Translations under genes and position numbers: made by a program
In this document: positions 36,426-45,545 of the stretch, piece after piece
Layout of the letters: each line of letters starts with the position of its first letter
How positions within the stretch are numbered: the stretch's first letter is position 1
Notes under the pieces: model-generated
Database searches by the model: none
Told to the model about the DNA's origin: nothing
The model's input: only the letters and a program-made list of their open reading frames with translations
Assembly: GCA_030622115.1 (NCBI GenBank)
Contig: JAUXGN010000007.1
Coordinates: 4,547-68,546 of the forward strand
DNA: 64,000 nucleotides
Reading direction: 5' to 3'
Origin: Candidatus Eiseniibacteriota bacterium
GTDB lineage: Bacteria > Joyebacterota > Joyebacteria > Joyebacterales > Joyebacteraceae

Positions 36426-37856
36426 CTAGACGATCCTGAAGTAGTCGACGAGCGTGCAGCGGCGCTCTCGCGTGAATGTTCGCGCCGACGTCAATCCCTC
36501 TCCCGTCGGGCTCGCTATGGTGAACGTGGTGAAGCCTTCTCCACCGAACCCAAGACCGGCGAATGAGGGCCCGTTCTTCACGAAGATCGAGCAGTCCATG
36601 ACTCTCGCCATGCGAGAGAGGTGCTCGATGCTCTTCGAATGCATGACCGCCGTATGCCGGTTGCCGCGCTCGACACGCCTCGCGAGATCTATGGCTTCGA
36701 TCGCGGTCTCCACGATTACCATGGGAACGACAGGCATCATCTGTTCAGTCCAGACGAGGGGATGGTCCACGTCGGCCACGAAAAAGGCCAATCTTGTTCC
36801 AGCGGGACAGGAGAGACCTGCCTCCCTGAGGATCACATCCGCATCCCGGCCCACGAGTTCCCGTTTCAGGGGGGAACTGCGTTCTGCCCCCCGGTCTTCC
36901 TCGAGAACCGTCTTCGTCAGACGCTCGATAGCCTGTCCCTTGACCTCTAGTGCGCCCGCCGCAGAAAGCGCCGCGCGCAGTCTGTCTGATACGGCGCGAA
37001 CGGCGATTATCTCCTTCTCAGCAATACAGACGATGTTGTTGTCGAAGCTCGCGCCCGCGATGATGTCCCGCGCCGCCTGGTCAACGTCGGCTGTCTCATC
37101 GACCACCACCGGGGGGTTGCCCGGTCCGGCTGCTATGACCTTCTTCCCGCTCTCCATCGCCGCCCTCACCACCGCTGGGCCGCCCGTCACGACGAGAAGC
37201 TTTATGTCGGAGTGCCGCATGAGCGCTTGTGCCGTGTCTATTGAAGGCTCACTGACTGCGTACAGAAGCGCCCGGGGACCTCCCGCCGCGCTGATGGCGC
37301 GATTCAGAATGTCGATCGTCGTGAGGGAGACAACGCGTGCTCCCGGATGCGGATTGAACACGACAGCATTGCCGCCTGCGATCATGCTGATTGCGTTGTT
37401 GATGATGGTCTCGGATGGGTTGGTCGATGGGGTGATGGATCCGATCACTCCGTACGGCGCACGCTCCACAATCGTAAGCCCGTGGTCTCCAGAGAAAGCC
37501 ACGGGCCTCAGATCTTCCGTGCCCGGAGTGCGTTCTGCGACGAGGACGTTCTTCTGTTCCTTGTCCTCGATGCGCCCGAGCCCTGTCTCTTCTACCGCCT
37601 GCTCCGCGAGCGACCGCGCGTTCTCGAGAGCGGCCAAGCGCATTGCCTGAATGATCCCCTTGCGGAGTTCGAGCGAACTCCCGATCAGCTCGCGCTGGCT
37701 CGTCCACGCAGCCCGAACAGCGTCATCCATCGCCTCGAGAATCCCGCGACCGTCAAAGGCCGGAGGCGCCTGTCTCGGCGTCGCTTCCCCAGTGGATACC
37801 AATTCACGGACGACACGCTCGACTACCGTCCTGATGGCAAGCTCTTCATTCGCCAT
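36426..37856 (-). CDS. CoA-acylating aldehyde dehydrogenase (PduP/EutE family) with N-terminal encapsulation peptide
   Basis: ALDH fold with catalytic Cys in NNIVCIAEKE. N-terminal amphipathic helix EELAIRTVVERVVRELV, then linker STGEATPRQAPPAFDG; 476 aa. Confidence 0.9.
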   Translation of the reverse strand: MANEELAIRTVVERVVRELVSTGEATPRQAPPAFDGRGILEAMDDAVRAAWTSQRELIGSSLELRKGIIQAMRLAALENARSLAEQAVEETGLGRIEDKEQKNVLVAERTPGTEDLRPVAFSGDHGLTIVERAPYGVIGSITPSTNPSETIINNAISMIAGGNAVVFNPHPGARVVSLTTIDILNRAISAAGGPRALLYAVSEPSIDTAQALMRHSDIKLLVVTGGPAVVRAAMESGKKVIAAGPGNPPVVVDETADVDQAARDIIAGASFDNNIVCIAEKEIIAVRAVSDRLRAALSAAGALEVKGQAIERLTKTVLEEDRGAERSSPLKRELVGRDADVILREAGLSCPAGTRLAFFVADVDHPLVWTEQMMPVVPMVIVETAIEAIDLARRVERGNRHTAVMHSKSIEHLSRMARVMDCSIFVKNGPSFAGLGFGGEGFTTFTIASPTGEGLTSARTFTRERRCTLVDYFRIV

Positions 37857-37875
37857 GTGTCTGCCGATCCTCTAT

Positions 37876-38163
37876 TCACTTGTCGTAGAGGAGCTTCCCG
37901 CCGACCTCGATGGAGTCGACGATAGCCATGATGACGGCATCGGCAGGTCTGTCCTTCGTCAGCGAGGTCTGGCGCGCCGAGCTTCCGCTCGCGTAGAGAA
38001 CGATCTCTCCCTCACCAGCACCGACTGCGTCGATCGCAACGACGAACGCTCCCGTCTCGCTGCCATCCAGTTCGACCTGTTTCACGATCAAGAGCTTCGT
38101 GCCTGTAAGCTTGTCGTCCTTCTGGCTGGCGACGATTGTCCCGACGACCTTGCCGATAGTCAT
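37876..38163 (-). CDS. BMC vertex protein (BMC-P), paralogue 3
   Basis: ATG at 38163 with AGAGGTGG RBS gives MTIGKVVGTIVASQKDDKLTGTKLLIV...AIDAVGAGEGEIVLY...IMAIVDSI. The longer track ORF adds 21 non-conserved residues. Confidence 0.8.
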   Translation of the reverse strand: MTIGKVVGTIVASQKDDKLTGTKLLIVKQVELDGSETGAFVVAIDAVGAGEGEIVLYASGSSARQTSLTKDRPADAVIMAIVDSIEVGGKLLYDK

Positions 38164-38276
38164 AGTCCACCTCTGCCGTCCGTGTAGCACCACACAACCC
38201 AGACCAAGGCCTGTGGGCGGCAACAAATCAGTTCGCTCACACCCGGTCTGTGCGTCGTCCTGACTGGTGATGGTCT

Positions 38277-38573
38277 CTATTTCGCCTTCGATTTCGCTGT
38301 CTTGCCGATCGGCAGCGCATCCTCAAGACTCGAGTGAGGCTGTGGTATGACGTGCGTGGAGATAAGCTCGCCCACCTTGCTGGCAGTTGCCATTCCGGCA
38401 TCCACCGCTGCGCGCACCGCAGCGACGTCGCCGCGAACGATGGCTGTCACGTACCCCCCGCCGACCTTCTCATAGCCGACGAGCCTCACCTTGGCTGCTT
38501 TCACCATGGCATCGGATGCTTCGACCATTCCGATAAAACCCCTGGTCTCGATCATTCCGAGGGCTTCGCCCAT
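38277..38573 (-). CDS. BMC hexamer shell protein (BMC-H, PduA/EutM family)
   Basis: [57 protein letters not shown] is the canonical BMC domain; 98 aa with a K-rich C-terminal tail. Confidence 0.9.
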   Translation of the reverse strand: MGEALGMIETRGFIGMVEASDAMVKAAKVRLVGYEKVGGGYVTAIVRGDVAAVRAAVDAGMATASKVGELISTHVIPQPHSSLEDALPIGKTAKSKAK

Positions 38574-38636
38574 TTCACCCTCCCGCGAACGGATCAGATC
38601 TCATGAAGACGCTTGAGGCCGCTATCCTACGCGGCC

Positions 38637-38933
38637 CTACAGCATCGTTCCTTCCAGCATCTCGTGCGGCGCTGGTATGACATGATACGAAACAAGTTCA
38701 CCGACCTTGCCGGCAGCCGCAGCCCCGGCGGCGACAGCAGCCTTCACTGCGCCCACATCCCCTCGGACGATAGCGGTAACGTACCCGCCACCGATTCTCT
38801 CGTACTTCGTCAGTGTGACGTTGGCGGTCTTGACCATTGCGTCAGCGGCCTCTACGAGGCCAACCACTCCCTTGGTCTCAACCATTCCAAGCGCAAGTCC
38901 CGGCAATCGTTTCACCCCCTCGCTTAAGTCCAT
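38637..38933 (-). CDS. BMC hexamer shell protein (BMC-H), paralogue 2
   Basis: [55 protein letters not shown] at 38906 preceded by GAGGGGGTG would give the canonical N-terminus [13 protein letters not shown]; the ATG at 38933 is an alternative. Confidence 0.85.
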   Translation of the reverse strand: MDLSEGVKRLPGLALGMVETKGVVGLVEAADAMVKTANVTLTKYERIGGGYVTAIVRGDVGAVKAAVAAGAAAAGKVGELVSYHVIPAPHEMLEGTML

Positions 38934-38937
38934 TCAC

Positions 38938-39603
38938 TCAGGAATGGAGAATCTCCACGGTCGTTGGCAATCCTACGCCGGCCGCATTTGCATTGTCGGT
39001 ATCAATGTGAAACTCGAGAAGCGCGCTCTTGGAGACACGGATCAGGATCTTCTCGAGCACCAAGGATGCTGATCCCGGGAACCGGACCCTGACAAGATCT
39101 CCATCCGTCACCCTGTGGATCTCAGCATCACGCTCAGTCATATGAATGTGACGCATCGCACGGATCGCCACATCACGCAGATGAACCGTTCCGGCCGGTC
39201 CCACAAGCGTGAGCGTCTCGCTTCCCACCAGATCTCCGGATCGACGTATAGGCGGTTCGATTCCCAATCTGACGGCATCGGTGGCGGAGACCTCGACCTG
39301 CGTGTATGTACGCAACGGTCCCAGTACACGGACACGCTCGATTGCACGCATTGACCGGCCCACGAGCGTTACGGTCTGCTCGGATGCAAACTCCCCCGGC
39401 TGTCCCAGATCGGTGCGCCGCGTGAGTTCAAACCCCTCACCGTACAGTCTGTCCAGTACGCCGCGCGAGATGTGGATGTGCCTTGCCGAGACCGAAACCG
39501 GGATCGTCGCCGTGGCCGTGACCTGATCTTGACCGGATCCGCCCAGCCTACGGATGACTTCCTGTGCGATTCTTTCGACTTGGTCCAATCTTCCTCCCTG
39601 CAC
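38938..39603 (-). CDS. pduL: PduL-type phosphotransacylase with N-terminal encapsulation peptide
   Basis: Two PduL repeats with the ARHIH motif (VSARHIHIS...). N-terminal amphipathic helix LDQVERIAQEVIRRL plus a GGSGQ linker; 221 aa. First gene of the BMC operon. Confidence 0.85.
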   Translation of the reverse strand: MQGGRLDQVERIAQEVIRRLGGSGQDQVTATATIPVSVSARHIHISRGVLDRLYGEGFELTRRTDLGQPGEFASEQTVTLVGRSMRAIERVRVLGPLRTYTQVEVSATDAVRLGIEPPIRRSGDLVGSETLTLVGPAGTVHLRDVAIRAMRHIHMTERDAEIHRVTDGDLVRVRFPGSASLVLEKILIRVSKSALLEFHIDTDNANAAGVGLPTTVEILHS

Positions 39604-39725
39604 CGAGCCTGGTGAAAGGCGGAATGAACGAGGTTTACACCTAGTCGGCTCGGCAGCTGACCGAAGTCGAGGGCAGTCTAGCAGAGGGGGGATGACGTGT
39701 CAACGGAAACGGGGCAAACGAGTTG

Positions 39726-39757
39726 CGGCCTCCTCCGCAAAGCGGAGGAGGCCGCGA
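39726..39757. promoter_or_regulatory. near-perfect 31-nt palindrome (GCGGCCTCCTCCGC aaa GCGGAGGAGGCCGC) about 120 nt upstream of the BMC operon start
   Basis: 14-bp perfect inverted repeat read directly from sequence, in the 488-nt intergenic region between the glycan-locus GT2 gene and pduL. Could be an operator for a dimeric regulator or a 5'-UTR/terminator hairpin; no U-tract follows on either strand. Confidence 0.35.
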
Positions 39758-40091
39758 TTGAATATGCGTTCCCCGATGTAACGTGCAACAGGTGGCGTAC
39801 GACTCATTCTCGGGTTTGGGGATCAGCCCACGACCTGGCGATGCTCACGTATACCCCAGGGAACGCGATTACAGTATTCAGGTAGAAGCATGGAGCGTGC
39901 CACAGTCATTCCGAACAGCCAGACCATCTGGCGTATCGGCTGCAATGCCTGCGCATTGGGAGTTCTCGCGCGAGGTTTCATGGGAACGCAGGAGTCAGAG
40001 GTCTTGTTACACAGTAGTGTCGCCCGCTCGTAACGGGCCGCGGCGCCGCAATAGCGGATGTTGCGGGGAGTGATCCCTCGCGATGGTGATC

Positions 40092-41024
40092 CTAGAGGGT
40101 GAGGGCTCGCCTGTAGCGGCAAGCGATCAGGTAGGTCAGTGCCGGAACCGAGAGCCGACCAAGATGCACGGCGTTCGCGGCGGCCCGCACGAGCAGGTAG
40201 CCGAGTCGATTGGTGGCAAGGAAGATCAGGAGCTTCTTCGAACGAAGTGACAACGAGTCGCTTTCAGCCGGAGGCATGAGAAGATCGATGGAGAGTTCTG
40301 ACGCGCGTTCCGGGTGGATCCTGAGGAGCGCTCGGAGCGCCGCCACTGCCTCCTCCCGCTTCCCGAGGATATCGTCAAGGCTCTGGCCATGCAGATGATA
40401 TGCCACGGCCTCACCGCAGTACCAGGTGGCCAATCCGAGACTGTCCTCGAGACGGAAGGCGATCTCTGTATCCTCGAATCCGTAGTTGGTGAATGATTCA
40501 TTGAAGAGGCCCACGTCGAGCAGCGCCTTTCGTGGGACCGACGAATTGTTGGTCACGAAGTAGCGTGCAGGCGCCCTTGAGCCGGGCCGGAGCTTATGGA
40601 CACCCATGCGGTCGAGGTAGGCATAGACTGTAGACAACCCTAGCTCCGGGGCCTGCAGTGCGCTTCCGATCACCATCGACTCACCGTGGGATTCCTGAAA
40701 TGCTACATGCTGTGCGATGAGGTCGGGTTTCGAACGCATATCGTCATCGACGAATAAGACGAGATCGCCACTCGCCTTCCGGATGGCGGTGTTGCGAGCA
40801 GCCGCGCGGCCCTTGTTTGTCGCGTGACGAACGCTCACGAGTTTGAACGGTGTGTCGAGACCTTCGATGAAGGCGGGCGTCTCATCATGGGAGCAGTCGT
40901 CCACGACCACCACCTCGATGAGAGCGGAGGGATAGGACTGCTCGGAGAGAGCCCGTAGGGTCTCCCTGAGGAAAGACAGCCGGTTGTAGGTCGGTATGAT
41001 CACACTCACGGATCTGTCCGGCAT
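40092..41024 (-). CDS. glycosyltransferase family 2
   Basis: ATG at 41024 gives MPDRSVSVIIPTYNR...VVDDCSHDET with a DxD-type motif (GT-A fold). It starts 1 nt after the upstream gene stop. Confidence 0.75.
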   Translation of the reverse strand: MPDRSVSVIIPTYNRLSFLRETLRALSEQSYPSALIEVVVVDDCSHDETPAFIEGLDTPFKLVSVRHATNKGRAAARNTAIRKASGDLVLFVDDDMRSKPDLIAQHVAFQESHGESMVIGSALQAPELGLSTVYAYLDRMGVHKLRPGSRAPARYFVTNNSSVPRKALLDVGLFNESFTNYGFEDTEIAFRLEDSLGLATWYCGEAVAYHLHGQSLDDILGKREEAVAALRALLRIHPERASELSIDLLMPPAESDSLSLRSKKLLIFLATNRLGYLLVRAAANAVHLGRLSVPALTYLIACRYRRALTL

Positions 41025-41025
41025 C

Positions 41026-42120
41026 TCATCCCTCTTTTCCGGAGACCAGTTCCAGATAGAGCTTCTCCATGCCGGCCATGTGCGCCTGGTGATCCGCTTT
41101 CTCGCGCACCATCTCCACGCCGATTCGCGCAAAGCTCAGGCGCATCTCGGGTGCATCGATCAAACGCAGTACGGCATCCTCGAGTTCCACGCGATTGGCG
41201 GCCTCAACGACAAGACCGTTCTCCTCGTGGGTCACCCACTCGAGACCGGAGGCCAGGTCCGAGATGACAACCGCCGTCCCGCACGCCATCGCCTCGAGAA
41301 GCGAAACCGGCGTGGCATCCACTGATGGGACGCTCAGAAAGACATCGGAGGTTGCGAGGTAGGCCGGAAGCTCCTCGTGAGGAATCCTTCCAACGAAATG
41401 TGCGTTGGGGCCGATTCCGAGTTCGTCGGCCAGCTGTCTGAGTTCTGTGTCATCGCCTTCGTTTCCGGCAATGATGAAGTGCGTCGCCGGGCGTTCACGG
41501 AGGACGGCAGGAATGGAACGGACGATCGTATCTATGTTGTAGTAGGCTTGTGTGAAACTCCTGATGCTGATCACAAGAGGGGAGGCAGACGGGATCCCGA
41601 GCTTCTCGCGCACCGCGGTTGGAGCTTCCGGCTGGAAACGATCGAGATCGACTCCCCACTGCACCACCCTGCACTTGTCGGCGTCGCCGCCCATGGCGAC
41701 CACATGCTCCAGGATATCCTCGGAGTCACCGGTGATAAGATCGGCGCACCTGAGTGCTGTGCGCGCGAGTCTTCCCTTGAGGAACGACTCGTGTGGAGTC
41801 GTGTAGACGTCGTCTCCCCAAACCGTCATGATGAACGGATGAAAACGCGAATAGGCGCCCCAGTAGCCGTATCCGGTCAGGAAATGCGTGTGCAACAGAT
41901 CCGGTCTGATCTGTCGCAGGATGCGTCTGACCTTGCCGAGCGCGACCGCATAGTGAAGAGGTTTTACCGAGATGCCGGTACGTATGTCGTGGATCGTCAC
42001 GCCCTCGATCGGGGCGGGTTGCACGGTCAGGAGGTGTACGTCGTGCCCCTTCCGCGCGAAGTAGCGCAGCCATCGTTCAGTGTGGATGTGTCCCCCTATG
42101 GAGAGATAGGCGATTCTCAT
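41026..42120 (-). CDS. glycosyltransferase family 4 (GT-B)
   Basis: Start MRIAYLS. C-terminal GT-B region with the EX7E-type motif (PSVDATPVSLLEAMACGTAVV). ATGA overlap with the downstream membrane protein gene. Confidence 0.8.
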   Translation of the reverse strand: MRIAYLSIGGHIHTERWLRYFARKGHDVHLLTVQPAPIEGVTIHDIRTGISVKPLHYAVALGKVRRILRQIRPDLLHTHFLTGYGYWGAYSRFHPFIMTVWGDDVYTTPHESFLKGRLARTALRCADLITGDSEDILEHVVAMGGDADKCRVVQWGVDLDRFQPEAPTAVREKLGIPSASPLVISIRSFTQAYYNIDTIVRSIPAVLRERPATHFIIAGNEGDDTELRQLADELGIGPNAHFVGRIPHEELPAYLATSDVFLSVPSVDATPVSLLEAMACGTAVVISDLASGLEWVTHEENGLVVEAANRVELEDAVLRLIDAPEMRLSFARIGVEMVREKADHQAHMAGMEKLYLELVSGKEG

Positions 42121-43364
42121 TCGTCTCCTCGATTCGAGTGGCGTCTGAGACAACCGGCAGCCACCCATATGAAGAGCCAGACGAGTGGGATCACTTTGAA
42201 CGCGTGGTTGGCAATGTGTTCGAGTGCGCTCCACTGGAGCTCTGGATTCCGTCCGGGCACGTCATAGAGAATGAAGAGCGTGGGGGCTGCCGCGACCGCG
42301 TAGATGTACCACAGCACGCGTGCCCTTGTCCTGGCATAGAGGAGAACGAAGAGCGGCAGGAGAAGCACGTAGTGGTATTCCCACACCTCCCTGAACACGA
42401 AGAAGTAGACCATCGTCCAGAGCGCAACCGACTCGAGGAGATCGAACGGCCGCCTTCTGAATGTGACGTTCAGGCTTGTCAGAGTCGGGACCATCATCAC
42501 GAGCAGTACGAGCGCCCGGGTGATAGTCATCCTGACAGGTCCGAGATTGAAACCTATGCTTGAGGCGATTGGGAAGAGCCGCATCTTGAGCACCATGAGC
42601 AGCGCAAGAGCACCGAAATTCCCAGGGTATGGATAGAGTGTGAGATCGAAGTTGTCATGTGCGAAATCTCCGACGCCGCTTGTCCGCATGGCCAGGTAGG
42701 GTATGGCGCTCAGGCCGAGTATGACGAACGCCAGGATCACGGTTCGGTATCGTTTCATGCGCAGCATGAGCGGTACATACAGAACGGTCAGATGCTTGGT
42801 AACGACGGTGGCAATCCATATCCAGTCGAACCGCTTCATCTTCCCTTCCGAGTAGGACACGACCATGACGAAGATTCCCGCAGCCATCAGCAGATTCAGC
42901 TGTCCCATGTACTGTTCAATGTAGAAGGGTGTGTACAGGAGCCACATGGAGGCGAGCAATGCAAAAAGGGAGCTGTCGCGCACGATCCGTCGAGTCAGGA
43001 TGATGCATCCGATGAACGCGAGTTCTACGATGGCGATCCATATCCAGTAGGCGGCCCATGGACTGACGGCATTGGCCGCCACCCCGAGCGTGTACGCGAC
43101 GAACGGGAGGTAGCGATAGAAATAAGCGTACGGGACTGAGCGCCTGGCGTCGTCCATCGGTCTCTGGTAGATGTCCCTGCCCTCAAGGACATAGCTCCCC
43201 GCTTGGTAGAACGCGAAGAAATCGCTCCCCTGTCCTTCGCCGATGTTGTGCATTCCCTCCGGAAACAGGGGGTTCAGGAAGTGTCCCGGGTGCACGAGCG
43301 AGACGGCGAACGCCAAGTGCACGACTATCGCGACAAGCAGGAGGATCCTGGGGCCGGTTCTCAA
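42117..43364 (-). CDS. polytopic membrane protein, GT-C-like (DUF2029/GT87-type putative polyprenol-phosphate-sugar-dependent glycosyltransferase)
   Basis: About 11 TM helices, with an acidic/aromatic first periplasmic loop (GSDFFAFYQAG). Family assignment is from architecture only. Confidence 0.45.
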   Translation of the reverse strand: MRTGPRILLLVAIVVHLAFAVSLVHPGHFLNPLFPEGMHNIGEGQGSDFFAFYQAGSYVLEGRDIYQRPMDDARRSVPYAYFYRYLPFVAYTLGVAANAVSPWAAYWIWIAIVELAFIGCIILTRRIVRDSSLFALLASMWLLYTPFYIEQYMGQLNLLMAAGIFVMVVSYSEGKMKRFDWIWIATVVTKHLTVLYVPLMLRMKRYRTVILAFVILGLSAIPYLAMRTSGVGDFAHDNFDLTLYPYPGNFGALALLMVLKMRLFPIASSIGFNLGPVRMTITRALVLLVMMVPTLTSLNVTFRRRPFDLLESVALWTMVYFFVFREVWEYHYVLLLPLFVLLYARTRARVLWYIYAVAAAPTLFILYDVPGRNPELQWSALEHIANHAFKVIPLVWLFIWVAAGCLRRHSNRGDE

Positions 43365-43374
43365 TGGTTCTCCT

Positions 43375-44340
43375 CTACGCTCCGCGCGCGACGACTGCCT
43401 TCAGTGTGCGATACCACTTCTTCTCGACGAAATAGGTTCTGTAGCTGACTCTGCTTGTGCCGAACGCCGACTTGAACGACTCGACGCCCTTGATACCGGC
43501 GCTCGACCCAAGATTGTATGTTCGACGTTCTCCCGCTACCGCGAGCTCGATAGCGTGCGTATGCAGCAGCGTATTCGCCGCCAGACTTCTGGCGGAGTTC
43601 TTCGATACGTTTCCCCAATTGAAAACCGTGTCCTTCCAGAGGAAGTTGAGATCTCCGGCGATCACGAGGTCATTCTGCACTGCAAGAAGCATCTGCACCG
43701 CCTCTCCTCCCGTCTCGAAGAGCGCGGCGAAAAAGTCCCTCGTGAACACGTTGGGTGTCCCCCACCCGAGGCTGCACTCCTCAAGCATCTCGTGGTACGC
43801 AAGGAAGTCATCAAGCGAAACTGCGGGACGCACCGTCACTCCGGCGCTCTTCGCTTTCCGTACCTTGTTGCGGAGCGACGGCTTGAAACCGCTCCACAAC
43901 TCTTCGAAGCTCTGACCGAGTTCGAGGACCTGCGCCTCATCGCGTTGGCTCTGGAACCCCGCACTGTCCCCAGCGAGTCTTCCGGCGAAGTCGACCGCAC
44001 TCGCTCTCGATACCCGGAGAGCGCGAGCGGCGCGTCCGAACGCATCGAGCAACGCTGCGGCCGCGTCGGGCGGAGCCGCCGATGAAAGGACAACGCCGCC
44101 GTAGGTGCCGAAAGGCATCGATTCAAGAGCGATGAAGCCTCGTCGCTCGTGTTTCACGAACGGCAGGGCTGCGACCAGCTCCCCGTCGACGCGGGCAGCC
44201 AGAGCGGCAGCGGACCACCCCGCCAGGAGTGCAACCAGTGAACTCCATGTGGGGGTTTGGAAGAAGGACGCCGCGTCGTCCCTCGCGACAAGGGCATGCC
44301 ATTCATTCTCGGCAAGCAGGTTCGAGAGATCCATCCGCAC
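43375..44340 (-). CDS. FemAB-like/BioF2-like GNAT-fold acyl(aminoacyl)transferase
   Basis: About 320 aa with the tandem GNAT-like pattern typical of FemABX-family transferases; sits next to an amino-sugar aminotransferase. Confidence 0.45.
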   Translation of the reverse strand: MRMDLSNLLAENEWHALVARDDAASFFQTPTWSSLVALLAGWSAAALAARVDGELVAALPFVKHERRGFIALESMPFGTYGGVVLSSAAPPDAAAALLDAFGRAARALRVSRASAVDFAGRLAGDSAGFQSQRDEAQVLELGQSFEELWSGFKPSLRNKVRKAKSAGVTVRPAVSLDDFLAYHEMLEECSLGWGTPNVFTRDFFAALFETGGEAVQMLLAVQNDLVIAGDLNFLWKDTVFNWGNVSKNSARSLAANTLLHTHAIELAVAGERRTYNLGSSAGIKGVESFKSAFGTSRVSYRTYFVEKKWYRTLKAVVARGA

Positions 44341-44345
44341 GCCGG

Positions 44346-45545
44346 CTACCTCCGGTAGTAGTCCACCAGCTTGGCGACTGCCGAGATGACGTCTCTTGCA
44401 TCGTCGTCAGCCATCGATGGGTAGATTGGAAGCGAGATGGCGCGTTCGAAGTACTGTTCCGTCTCAGGGAAACTCCCCTCGTGGTAGCCGAGCCGATCCC
44501 TGAAACACGGATGGTAATGCAACGGGATGAAGTGCACGCTTGAGCCTATGCCTTCCTCGATCAGGTCCCTGATGAAGCGGTCGCGGTCGATCGTGAGGGA
44601 CTCGATCCTGATCCGTATCGGGTAGAGGTGCCAGGCGTGGTGACCCAGAGAGTAGTCGGGCGGGGACTCGACCTCCGGTATCTCGGCGAACGCGGCGCTG
44701 TAGATCCGGGCAAGCTCGGTCCGGCGATATCTGAACTCATCTACCTTGTCCATCTGCTTCAGGCCGATGGCCGCGAGGACATCGTTCATGTTGTACTTGT
44801 AACCTGCTTCAAGGATCTCGTAGTACCACGGTCCCCGATCGCTGTATCTCTTCCATGCGTCGCTGCTCATCCCGTGGAGGCTCAGTCGTGCCACCTTCGC
44901 GATCAGATCGGGATCTGGAGATGCAATAGCACCGCCCTCGCCGGTCGTTATGCCCTTTGTCACGTAGAAGCTGAACGATGTGGCATCGGCTATCGAGCCT
45001 ATCTTCCTGCCTCCGATGTCTGCTCCAATGGCGTGGGCGCCGTCTCCGAGAACTCGGAGGCCCTTCTCTCGAGCGAGCGCCATGATGTCGTCCATGTCGC
45101 AGGGGCGCCCGGCAAAATGCACAGGCATGAGAACCTTTGTGCGGTCCGTTATCGCGCGTTCGAATATCTCAGGCGTGATGTTGAGAGTCTCGCGGTCAAC
45201 GTCCACGAGGACGGGCCGCGCGCCAAGATGGAGCACCGTGTTCACGCCGGATGCGAAATCGAGCGCGGGGAGAACAACTTCATCCTCAGGTCCCACACCA
45301 AATGCGTCGAGCGCCAGGTGGAGGCCCGCCGTGCACGAACTCAGGGCTACGGCATTCGGTACGCCCACATAGTCCGCCACCTTGCGCCCGAACTCCTTGG
45401 TCCGCGGTCCGACCGTGAGCCAACCCGACTTGAGGGTTTCGACGACCAGGTCTATCTCTGGCTGTCCGATCGATGGTCTGGCAAACGGGAGATAGTCACC
45501 GCGCACCGGTGTTCCACCCTCAGCTGCCGGTATCTGCTTTGTCAT
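44346..45545 (-). CDS. DegT/DnrJ/EryC1/StrS-family PLP-dependent sugar aminotransferase
   Basis: Typical N-terminus (IPFARPSIG) and PLP-lysine region; 399 aa. Confidence 0.9.
   Translation of the reverse strand: MTKQIPAAEGGTPVRGDYLPFARPSIGQPEIDLVVETLKSGWLTVGPRTKEFGRKVADYVGVPNAVALSSCTAGLHLALDAFGVGPEDEVVLPALDFASGVNTVLHLGARPVLVDVDRETLNITPEIFERAITDRTKVLMPVHFAGRPCDMDDIMALAREKGLRVLGDGAHAIGADIGGRKIGSIADATSFSFYVTKGITTGEGGAIASPDPDLIAKVARLSLHGMSSDAWKRYSDRGPWYYEILEAGYKYNMNDVLAAIGLKQMDKVDEFRYRRTELARIYSAAFAEIPEVESPPDYSLGHHAWHLYPIRIRIESLTIDRDRFIRDLIEEGIGSSVHFIPLHYHPCFRDRLGYHEGSFPETEQYFERAISLPIYPSMADDDARDVISAVAKLVDYYRR

Noticed and set aside
39697-39885. 62-aa plus-strand ORF in the BMC upstream region overlapping the 14-bp palindrome
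   Set aside because: No RBS, its sequence is dominated by the palindrome translation, and there is no similarity to known small proteins. The region is more plausibly regulatory.
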